Shown piece by piece: positions 55,395-64,000 of a stretch of DNA of 64,000 nt. The notes beneath the pieces were generated by a model. The model did not search any database, had not been told where the DNA came from, and saw only the letters and a list, made by a program, of their open reading frames with translations. Source of the DNA: Candidatus Latescibacterota bacterium (lineage in GTDB: Bacteria; Latescibacterota; UBA2968; UBA8231); contig CBDETY010000003.1 of NCBI GenBank assembly GCA_965243025.1, positions 1,280,001 to 1,344,000 on the forward strand. Reading direction: 5' to 3'. Numbering within the stretch: position 1 is the stretch's first letter; each line of letters starts with the position of its first letter. The translations under genes and the position numbers were made by a program.

Positions 55395-56795
55395 CGAAGC
55401 TCTTGCCCGTCGGGAACCCCGCCATCATCAGGTTGATCCTTGCAGAAATTCGGTCAGCTGCGGGATTGCCTCGGGACCCTCGACACTCCGTTCCCTGAAT
55501 CTCCCGGACTCATCCGAGGCGGGAGCGACGGATCCCTTGCGAATCGTCGGCTTCTGTATTCTCCTACGGAGAATACTCCCTTTACCGTGACCGCCTGACC
55601 TCGAAATAGATCCAACTGGACAACCGGGAATCCTCCGATGGCGCATCGCCGGTTATGATTTCTCCTCCTCGTTGGGGGAACAATACCACCGCCACCCCTG
55701 TGGCGCGGTCTATTAGCCCAACGGGTGGTTCGAATCCGGGGGCGCACTTCACCCTTCTTTGGAAAAGAGGAAAAATGATCATAGATTTCACCTCCTCTCC
55801 TGATTGCGGTCTGATTTCCAAAGCCGAATCACCCGAAAAGCCAATTTTCCGCTGTGAAAACCAACCCAAAGGAGGCCAGCGATGGCGACGAAAGCGAGTT
55901 ATTTGCCGCTGATTCTTCTGATGGTCAGTTGCACCGATGCTCCCTTGTCCTACTCTGAAAGGGGGGAGTTGTCGGAGAAGATAGTCGGGCAATGGATATC
56001 CGAAGGCGGCTCCAGCGGGTACGAGTTCACCGACAGGGGCCGGTTCACGTTCCATGTCTGGAACAACGACGGTCCCACGGAATTCGTAGCCGGTCAGTGG
56101 TGGGTGTCCACTGAGAAGATCAAGATCCAAGCTGAAGTGCGGTGTCTCCTGAAGGGTGAAGACTATTGGGAATACGCTCTTACCGGGGGAAACAGGGGGA
56201 TCGAGTTTGACAGCTCGAAGTTCAAGGTCGGGGAAGCCGTTGCGAATTACGAGCGCAAGTCATTCGAAACACCGGCCCCCCCCGCTTGTGGGCTTGCGAA
56301 TCCCTGAGTAACGGAGGGGAGACAGCTCTAATCCGGTTCCGATATGGGCGATGAAGGTGGCGCTTCCGCAGGAGCCTGTCGAGAGGAGTTCGCCGGGGTA
56401 AGCGCCCCCCTCGTGATGCGGCAGGTCTGCAAACTGGGATTCCTTCCAGCACTGACCGCACTGCCTTGTCGGTTCCTTGCCTCCGTCGACGACCTGCAGT
56501 CCCGGCTTCCTGCTATAGGCTCCGTTCGACCCGATTCGGGTATAGGAAGCCTCGGCAGGTCCCCTCGTTTTCCTTTCCGGCGAAGCTCTTGCCCGTCGGG
56601 AACCCCGCCATCATCAGGTGGATCCTTGCAGAAATTCGGTCAGCTGCGGGATTGCCTCGGGGCAGACCTCGCATTTGCGCACAGCCAGGACCCTCGACAC
56701 TCCGTTCCCTGAATCTCCCGGACTCCTCCGTGGCGGGAAGCGACAGGATCCCGGGAATCGTCGGCTTCCGTATTCTCCGTAGAGAATTCCCTCTT
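55395..56795. repeat. ~190-bp direct repeats (55395-55582 and 56581-56795) flanking one gene
   Basis: CGAAGCTCTTGCCCGTCGGGAACCCCGCCATCATCAGG...GATCCTTGCAGAAATTCGGTCAGCTGCGGGATTGCCTCGG occurs twice. The second copy has a ~29-bp insert. Confidence 0.85.
55882..56307 (+). CDS. Putative lipoprotein
   Basis: AGGAGG RBS and signal peptide ending LLMVSC (lipobox-like). Confidence 0.7.
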   Translation: MATKASYLPLILLMVSCTDAPLSYSERGELSEKIVGQWISEGGSSGYEFTDRGRFTFHVWNNDGPTEFVAGQWWVSTEKIKIQAEVRCLLKGEDYWEYALTGGNRGIEFDSSKFKVGEAVANYERKSFETPAPPACGLANP

Positions 56796-57105
56796 TTCGC
56801 CCCCAGTGTAATCTAAGCAAAAATCATGCCGGGGCTCGTTGCTTCCCGCATCGACCTTGGGCATTCACGGCCTGCCGGTTTTCGCCAGCTTTCGGGATGC
56901 CCTCCCCTCGTAGTTCCGGGCAGCCAGCACCCTCGGCATCCAGTTCCCTGAACCTCGCAGGCACACCGATCCCGGACTGAGATCCCTCCCCGATCAGCCG
57001 GCAACCTCCTCGCCCTCCCCCTGTCCTGCCGCCCCTCCTCCGCTTCCAGAAACCAAAATTTTCCGCCGTCTTTACCGGCTTCGTTTGAACTAACGCGGAG
57101 TCGAC

Positions 57106-57133
57106 TTGCTTTTTTAATCCAGCGGAATACACT
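57106..57133 (+). promoter_or_regulatory. Sigma70-like promoter for the right transposase
   Basis: TTGCTT-16 bp-TACACT, conserved with the left arm. Confidence 0.55.
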
Positions 57134-57316
57134 AGAGGCACATGCAACGGGAAGCCGGCAGGATCCGCCACCGCTTCCCAGTCCCATCTGTCGGTGACAT
57201 TCCGGCAGAGTCACCATCCCACGAAACCCGAAAGGACTGCCATGGGAGCGTGAATCACACTATTTGTTGAGGGCCTGGTTTCAACACGGTACTCCACGGC
57301 CCGAAGGTCAGTAAGG

Positions 57317-58321
57317 ATGAGTAATGGTAAAAGCATCTCGTTAATCGAATTGTTCAGCATGTTTCCAGATGACGCAACCGCAGAAAAATGGTTCGAAGAA
57401 GACAGATGGGGGAAGACCGTAGACGGCCTGCCCGAATCCATATACTGCCCGCGCTGCGGCCGCTCCGACAGGATCTCGGAATGCCCCGGCCGCAAGCCCA
57501 TGCCCTACTGGTGCGGCGGCTGTCGAAAGCGCTTCAGCGTGCGCACGGAAGGGGGAATGTCCCACTCCAAGATCCCCTTGCGGAAATGGGCCATCGGCGT
57601 CCACCTGTACGAATCCAGACCGAAGGGAATCAGCGCCAGGCAGCTTGCGAGCGACCTCGACCTAGCGTATTCGTCGGCCTTGTTCATGCTGCACCGCCTC
57701 CGGGAAGCCTGGCCGGTTCCCGAACCGCTGCGCAGCAGGATGGCCGAGATAGACCAAGCCTATTTCGCCGGAGACGATGGGAACAGGCACGGCAACAAGA
57801 AGTTTCACCGGAAATGGAAGTATGGCACTACCACCGTGAACGGAGTGCGCTGCCGGGAAACCGGCAACGTGGGCCCCAAGGTGGTCCCTGACGTGACCCG
57901 CGAAACCGTGTTCCCCTGCGCAGAGGAACACGTACGCCCGGAGGGCGCCCTTTTCAGCGACAATGCCCCGACCTTTCGCGATGGTTTCGAATGGCCGGGA
58001 AGACACGAAACCGTCAACCACAAGGATGAATACGTCAGAGGAGAGGTCCATACGAACGGCATTGAATCGTTCTGGGCCAAGGCGAAGCGAACGATATACG
58101 GGACCCACCACCATGTGTCTCCCAAGTATTTTCCCCGGTACCTCAACGAGATCACAGGCAAGCACAACATCCGCAACCTGGACCCCGAGGAGCGGATAAG
58201 GTATCTGACGGCGCGGATGATGAGGAAACGGCTGACCTACCGGGATCTGCTGGCGACGGAGGTTCCTCCGACTCCCTACACTCATCACCGGTCGAAGGAA
58301 CGGGGGAAACTGTTCGAATAG
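57317..58321 (+). CDS. IS1595-family transposase, right arm
   Basis: Same motifs as the left copy. Intact ORF but clearly diverged from it. Confidence 0.93.
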   Translation: MSNGKSISLIELFSMFPDDATAEKWFEEDRWGKTVDGLPESIYCPRCGRSDRISECPGRKPMPYWCGGCRKRFSVRTEGGMSHSKIPLRKWAIGVHLYESRPKGISARQLASDLDLAYSSALFMLHRLREAWPVPEPLRSRMAEIDQAYFAGDDGNRHGNKKFHRKWKYGTTTVNGVRCRETGNVGPKVVPDVTRETVFPCAEEHVRPEGALFSDNAPTFRDGFEWPGRHETVNHKDEYVRGEVHTNGIESFWAKAKRTIYGTHHHVSPKYFPRYLNEITGKHNIRNLDPEERIRYLTARMMRKRLTYRDLLATEVPPTPYTHHRSKERGKLFE

Positions 58322-59130
58322 TCAGCAAGTCGACATCCCCGTTGCCGATGCCTGCCGTCTTCCGCATTGCCGGCGGAACGGGAATCGATTCTCATCTGGT
58401 CTGTGGATGGAAGGCGATCATTCCGAATGGTCGGCAAGGCGACATCCCTGCCGGCTGCCTCCCCTGTTGCGCCTGAAGCTCAGGCTGCACCCTGAGGAAT
58501 CCTCAGTCATCCTGCTTGCCCTCTTGTCGACCAAACGGGATGACTTCCTCCTCACCTCGGGCGACGACGGCTTTGCAGGCCCAGGGGGCTCGCGCATCCC
58601 CTCCTCGATCAGAGCGGTGGCTTCCGGTCCAAGGTGCTGACTTCAGGGGGGAGGTACCTGCGAGTCCGGATAGATCGCAGGATGCAGACTGCCTGACTTT
58701 GAGAACGCCATGATATGCCGCTGCCAGTCCCCGACTCAGATCAGGCAAGAGTCCCGGTTCCCTCCTCGATCCGAGTGGCCTTCCCGATCCGGAATCAGAT
58801 CCAGCTTGCCCCTTGCCATCTTGTCGACCAAAACGGAATGATCCTTCTCACCTCAACGACGGCTTTGTAGACCCAGGGGGCTCGCGCATCCACTCCTCGA
58901 TCAGAGTGGGGGTCGATCCATGGTGCCAATCTGGCAGGCTTCTCCGGTCAGCATGCAATCATGTGGAATTGCCAGCCAGTCGACATCCCCATCTCCCGGC
59001 TATACAGTGGGACAGGTGGTGTCCGTTTCTCTGCAATTTCTCTACTATATTATACCAGATTTTCTTTAAATTCGCGGGTGAGATCACTAAAATTCCCTTG
59101 CGCAGTTATCTAGATAATTCCCGAACGAGG

Positions 59131-60305
59131 AGATCTACGGAAGCTTCGTCGGCGGCCTGATGCCGCGCGAGAAGATGACCACGGGCGAGGAGTCGGCCAT
59201 GCACATCTGGCTGACCCTGATCGAGGGGGGGGCCGGCGCCATGTTCTGGCAGTACCGCCCCGAGTACATGACCTTCGAGGCTCCGGGGCTCAGCATCATG
59301 GCTCTCGACGGCGGCCCGACCGAACGCTTCGCCGCCGCGGAGCGGACGATCGCGCGGATCGATGCGGTCTCCGACCACCTGCCCCTGTCGATTCCGCGCG
59401 CCGACATGGCGATCGCCTACAGCGGCAGCAGCCACCAGGTCTTCAGCTTCAACGACGCCGACTACAAGTTCCTCCAGCATCACCGCGGCATGTACCGGGC
59501 GCTGTGGCCTCACAGCGTCGCCGTCGACCTGATCACCGCGAAGACGGACTGGTCCGGATACAGGCTGGTGTACCTGCCCGACTTCGCAGTCATGGGGGAG
59601 GAGGCCCTGGCGCGGGTCAGGGGAGTGCTCGAGCAGGAACAGGGGCCGCGTCTGCTCGCCGACGGGTATTTCGCGACGTTCGCCGGCAAGGGTCACTGGA
59701 GCTTCAGCCCACCGGAAGGACTCGGCGACCTGATCGACTGCCGCCTTGCCGACTTCGACATGGTGAACGGCCGGGACGTCGAAGCCGGGAGGAATCTCCT
59801 GGCGACGCCGTACGGGGAGTTCCCGCTGCCGGCCGGCACCTCGTACAGCATTCTCGAGCCAGGGCGCGGCATGGACGCGGTTGCCTCTATCGGAGACCGG
59901 GTGGTGGGGGTGCGGTCCCCGGATGCGCGGATGACCTGGTACGGAGTCCCGCTGGCGGCGACCGGCTCTTCCGCCGTCACCGGGCAGCCGGGAGGGCCCT
60001 CGCCGGTGCCGGTGGTCGACGAAGGGGTGGCCCTGGCGGTCGCCCGGGAAGCCGGGGTGGAGTCGCGGTTCGACATCAGCGGCGACCGCGTCGTCGCATA
60101 TCGCCGGCAGTCGAGGCGGGGCGGGTCGCTGGTGTTTCTGCTGAACCTCGAAGAGAGAACGGCGCGCACGAGGGTGCGGCTGCGCTGGAAGGTTGGAGCT
60201 GCCCGCGATCTGCTCGCGGGACAGCCGCTGGCGCTGGAAAACGGCTCCTTCGAGGTGGAGATCCCTTTCGGGGAAGTGTCGGTACTCCACTGCGCCGACG
60301 CCTGA
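59131..60305 (+). pseudogene. GH42-like beta-galactosidase, 3' half (includes trimerisation-like domain)
   Basis: Continues in frame from 24676, with MFWQYRPE...FEAPG and WSGYRLVYLP segments. Confidence 0.85.
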
Positions 60306-60547
60306 ACCGGTGCGGGGAGCTTCCCAGGTCCGGCTAAACCCCGGCCGGCCTTTCTACCCCACCTCCTGGTGAAATTGCGTTATTCGCGGCCCCCGGGAAT
60401 GCACCGGCCGGCATTCCTGCTTCCGGCTGATGTCGCGTATTGGCGGCTTCGGGTCGGCACCGGAGTACCAACTCACTCCGGGGCCCGGGGGGATCAGACG
60501 ACGGACCCACCATGGACCCCGGGCGGCTGCAGTTGGCGCGGCCGCGG

Positions 60548-62152
60548 TCAGCCCGGCAGCTCGATGACCTGACCCTGCGAGGCCAGAATCCGCTGCAGCT
60601 CCGGGACCGGTATCGCGCGGGGGGCCACCTCGTGCCGAAGGACGAGGTGAGCGGCCACCCCGGCCGCCTGTCCGAGCGCCATCCAGGTCGGCTCCAGGCG
60701 AATTGAGGAGTAGGCGACGTGGGTGGTCGATGCGGCCACCGGAACGATGAGGCCGTCGGTCTTCCGGGGCAGCATGATCCGGTAGGGGATCTGGTAGGGA
60801 GCTTCCGCTTCGAGCATTCCGATGTATCCCTCCAGCACCGCTGCGTCTCCGGGGCGCCGCTTGTGGCAGGGAAAGCTGTCGATCGGGAACTCTCCCACGG
60901 CGATGCTGTCGGCATGCTCGCGCGACCCCCCGCTGACCCGGGGACCGGTGATGTCGAGCTCCGTCAACGTGTACTCACCCACCAGCCGGCGCGCTTCGCG
61001 GACGTACAGCTGAAAGGGGAAGTGCCCGTTGTCGGCGAACTCGTCGAGCGGCAGGTGGTACTGGTTGGCCAGCTCTCGGTGCCCGGCGGGGATTTCCCCG
61101 TCGTTCTGCAGGAACCACAGGAGGCCGAGGGTCAGGTTGCGGTGGCGTTCGCGGATGCGCTGACGGGTGTCCTCGTCCCCTTCGACGTAGCCGCGGTTCT
61201 CCTCGGGGAATGGGAACGCGAGGGGCCGAGGGTTGATGTTGACGTCGGTTTTGCGATTCGGGATGTCGCTGACCGAAAGGGCGCGGACCAGGGTGTCGAA
61301 ATGGGCGGGGTTGTACCCGCGGTCCGGCTTGGGGTGCCTGGGGCCGGCCAGGCGTCCGGCGGCGAGGTCGTCGAAATAGCCGAGGTATTCCCGGCGGTCG
61401 TACCCGGGAGGCGGCTGGACGAGACGGAAGGAGTTCTCCGCCTCCGTGGTCAGGCAGAGGCGGTAGGTGTAGGCCGGAAGGGCCGCGTCCCCGGCGCCGG
61501 TGGTTCCCGGCAGGAACCGGCGGGTCTGATAGTCGAAGTAAACGACCCCGGCATGCGGCTCCCCGTGCTCGTCGCGGGACTCCCGGCCGACGCGGAACTC
61601 CGCTCCCGCCGCGGCGTACAGGTCCCCCTCGTACGTGGCGTCGATGAAAACGCCCCCCTCGAGTCGCCGCACCTCGGCGGTGCTGCGATCGGCTGCCTCG
61701 ATGGCGGTAACCGCGCCCTCCTCGACATGGACCTCGAGCAGCCGCAAACCGCACAGCAGGGCGACGTTCTCCCCGCAGTTTGCCAGCATCTCGGAGAAAA
61801 CCGTTTCCGCCACGGAGGGCTCGCTGCGGTACCCGTCCCGGCAGAGCGCGACGTTCTCCGAGTCGGGTCCGTACAGGTCGGTGTAGTGGGTGAGGACCCG
61901 GTCGGTGAACTCGCGGAAGAGCCCGGCGATGGCGGCCCGGTTCTCGATGTCGCTCTTCCCCAGGCCGCTGGCCGCCATGCCCCCGATGTGCCGGTGGTAC
62001 TCGACCAGGGCGACCCGGCGACCCAGGCGGGCGGCGGCTACCGTGGCGGCGATTCCTCCCGGGGTGGCGCCGACAACGGCGACGTCGAACTTCAGGGGAA
62101 CGGCTGCTCCCGCTTCGGCGGCGTTGCCGGGGCGGCCCGAAGAAGCGGTCAT
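60548..62152 (-). CDS. FAD-dependent oxidoreductase
   Basis: DVAVVGATPGG, FIDATYEGDL, YVREARRL and SSIRLEPTWM motifs. Confidence 0.9.
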   Translation of the reverse strand: MTASSGRPGNAAEAGAAVPLKFDVAVVGATPGGIAATVAAARLGRRVALVEYHRHIGGMAASGLGKSDIENRAAIAGLFREFTDRVLTHYTDLYGPDSENVALCRDGYRSEPSVAETVFSEMLANCGENVALLCGLRLLEVHVEEGAVTAIEAADRSTAEVRRLEGGVFIDATYEGDLYAAAGAEFRVGRESRDEHGEPHAGVVYFDYQTRRFLPGTTGAGDAALPAYTYRLCLTTEAENSFRLVQPPPGYDRREYLGYFDDLAAGRLAGPRHPKPDRGYNPAHFDTLVRALSVSDIPNRKTDVNINPRPLAFPFPEENRGYVEGDEDTRQRIRERHRNLTLGLLWFLQNDGEIPAGHRELANQYHLPLDEFADNGHFPFQLYVREARRLVGEYTLTELDITGPRVSGGSREHADSIAVGEFPIDSFPCHKRRPGDAAVLEGYIGMLEAEAPYQIPYRIMLPRKTDGLIVPVAASTTHVAYSSIRLEPTWMALGQAAGVAAHLVLRHEVAPRAIPVPELQRILASQGQVIELPG

Positions 62153-62158
62153 CGCCGG

Positions 62159-62947
62159 TTACCCCCCGCCTCTCTCGATCCGCTCGATGAACCGGGTGCA
62201 GGCGCGAGCCACTTCGCCGGGACGTTCGATGTTGAGATAGTGGGAGGCGCCGGCGACCCAGACCAGCTCAATGTTTTCCCTGTCCGGGATGCGGAGCTCG
62301 TCGAGTCCGGGCCGCTTGCGGCCGCGGTCCCCATACAGCTCGAGGACCGGGACCCCGGTGCCTGCGAGGAATTCGTACCCGTCCCACTTCTTCCAGCAGG
62401 TGCGGAATTCAGCGACCTGTTCCGGGCTCCAGCGCTCGAAGACACGCCGGCGGGTCTCGTCCTTGCGGCTGATCAGCGACGGCGTCAGGGTGTCGAAGAT
62501 GCGGCCTGCGAAGGCGTCCTCCACCACCTCGTGGCTGGTCCAGCCCTCGATGGAGATCACCCCCCTGGCGATTTCCGGGCGTACCCGGGCCAGCTGCATG
62601 GCGATCATGCCGCCGATGCTGTGGCCCCCCACGAAAAGTGGAGAGGCGAGACCGAGGTCGGAGGCGGCGGTCAGCACGTCCTCTGCGAACAGCTCGATCG
62701 AGGCGTCTTGCGGGGGAGGCCAGCTTCCTCCGTGACCGCGCAGTTCCACGACGACCAGCTGCATCCTCGCGTCGAGCCGTTCGACGATATCCCTGCATCC
62801 GGAGCTGTCGTCAAAGCTTCCGGGAATCAGGATCAGGGTCGAGCCCGGTCCCGGCCGGTGCAGGCAGGAAAGGCGCCCCCACTCCATGGGGATGTTCCGC
62901 CGCGTGAAAGCGGGGCCGAGTTCGTGGTCCGGTGCGGAGAGCGTCAT
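62159..62947 (-). CDS. Alpha/beta hydrolase
   Basis: ELRGHG, GHSIGG nucleophile elbow and GASH. Start approximate. Confidence 0.85.
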   Translation of the reverse strand: MTLSAPDHELGPAFTRRNIPMEWGRLSCLHRPGPGSTLILIPGSFDDSSGCRDIVERLDARMQLVVVELRGHGGSWPPPQDASIELFAEDVLTAASDLGLASPLFVGGHSIGGMIAMQLARVRPEIARGVISIEGWTSHEVVEDAFAGRIFDTLTPSLISRKDETRRRVFERWSPEQVAEFRTCWKKWDGYEFLAGTGVPVLELYGDRGRKRPGLDELRIPDRENIELVWVAGASHYLNIERPGEVARACTRFIERIERGGG

Positions 62948-63334
62948 GGAGGCGTTGGATTTGCTGTTGAGCGGGCCCGGGGGGCGAACTCGGGGGAACC
63001 ATCCCCCGGGAATGGCCACCAACCCGGGCCAATGTGGGGGTGGCCGGGATTTTTCCGGGTGATGCGAGAGGATAGGAAGCTTGACATACCCCGGCCAGCG
63101 GGTGAGACTGACCGCATTAACGACGCCGGAACAACCGGGCGTTACGAGCATCGTCCACGCCCGGACCGGAAGGCGGCAAGGGTCGCGGCCATCTTGCCCG
63201 GGGTGGAGGGCCCTCCTTCGAGGCAGGGTCGGAAAGTGTTTCGGCAAAGGGCGGGGAGTCATTGTCGCCCGGTCTCCCCTTCCCCCGGCTTTCGCCGGCA
63301 TCGGGCAATCGGCCGGCCTGGAATGGAAAGGATC

Positions 63335-64000
63335 ATGAGGCGGGTAGCCAAACCGGAAGGCCTGCACAACATCGTTGTCGAAGAGGTGGAGACGCCCCGG
63401 ATATCCCCCACCGAGGTCCTCGTGAAAACCAGGCGCACCCTGATCAGCCGCGGTTCGGAGATAGGCGCCCGTTACACCCGGGAGGGGCCTGTCGACCCGG
63501 CGATCATGGGGTACTCGCAGGCGGGCATCGTCGTCGAGGTCGGCGCCGGGGTCGACGGATACGCGGCAGGTGACCGCGTCGCCTCGGTGCGGCCGCATGC
63601 CGAATACGTAGTCGTCGACATCGACCGCCACGGCGGCGACATCATCCCCCTTCCGGATGGCGTCGGCTTCGAGACGGCTACCTTCTGGCCGCTTGCGACC
63701 AGTTCGGTCCGGTGGATGCATGAGTCCGGTATTTCCCGGGGCGAGACCCTCGTGATCCTCGGACAGGGGCTGGTGGGAAGCCTGTGCATGCAGGTGGCCA
63801 GGAAGCTGTACGATCCCAGGATCATCGCCGTCGATGCGCTGCCCCTGCGCTGCGACCTGGCGCGTGCGCTCGGTGCCGACCAGGTGGTCGACGCGTCCGT
63901 GGACGATCCGGTCGAGGCGATCCGCGGTCTCACCGGAGAGGGGGCCGACGTCGTCGTCGAGGCCGTTGGCGGGCGCGGGGGAGCCAGGGCATTCGAGCAG
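63335..64000 (+). CDS. Zinc-binding/MDR-family dehydrogenase, 3' end outside the window
   Basis: MRRVAKPEG...LISRGSE...MGYSQAGIV...ILGQGLVG...GADVVVEAVG. Confidence 0.85.
   Translation, partial: MRRVAKPEGLHNIVVEEVETPRISPTEVLVKTRRTLISRGSEIGARYTREGPVDPAIMGYSQAGIVVEVGAGVDGYAAGDRVASVRPHAEYVVVDIDRHGGDIIPLPDGVGFETATFWPLATSSVRWMHESGISRGETLVILGQGLVGSLCMQVARKLYDPRIIAVDALPLRCDLARALGADQVVDASVDDPVEAIRGLTGEGADVVVEAVGGRGGARAFEQ

Larger units (their letters stand above)
56580..59122. repeat. Right inverted arm
   Basis: Reverse complement of the left arm, including subterminal repeats at 58515-58637 and 58812-58927 and the terminal IR. Confidence 0.85.

Noticed and set aside
55395-56795. Integron attC cassette
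   Set aside because: No integron integrase in the window, and the repeats lack evident RYYYAAC/GTTRRRY ends.

Overview
High-GC bacterial DNA. The gene repertoire (many PhyH dioxygenases, secreted proteins with FlgD-like C-terminal domains, a 'SWAEVK' C-terminal tail) suggests a Latescibacterota/Gemmatimonadota-like organism; this is inference. Positions 1-24.7 kb and 59.1-64 kb are ordinary metabolic backbone: glycosyltransferases, PhyH enzymes, two Rieske proteins, fbp, a lactonase, oxidoreductases and an MFS transporter. The main result is a single 34,446-bp mobile element (24677-59122) that splits a GH42-like beta-galactosidase gene. It has a perfect 8-bp target-site duplication (GAACGAGG) and terminal inverted repeats starting GGGAATTATCTAGATAACTGCGCAAGG. 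Its inverted arms are about 2.5 kb long, and each carries an intact but diverged, outward-facing IS1595-family transposase. I found no inner IS ends. The cargo is: a type I R-M system; an unusual N4C-methyltransferase / kinase-ATPase / CARF-like / nuclease cluster interrupted by IS630; a block of small ORFs (HTH, Zn fingers, SWIB, RadC/JAB, a third IS1595 transposase, a possible type I toxin peptide); three tandem secreted 14-repeat WD40 proteins; and a lipoprotein gene flanked by direct repeats. All calls were made by eye and no database searches were run.
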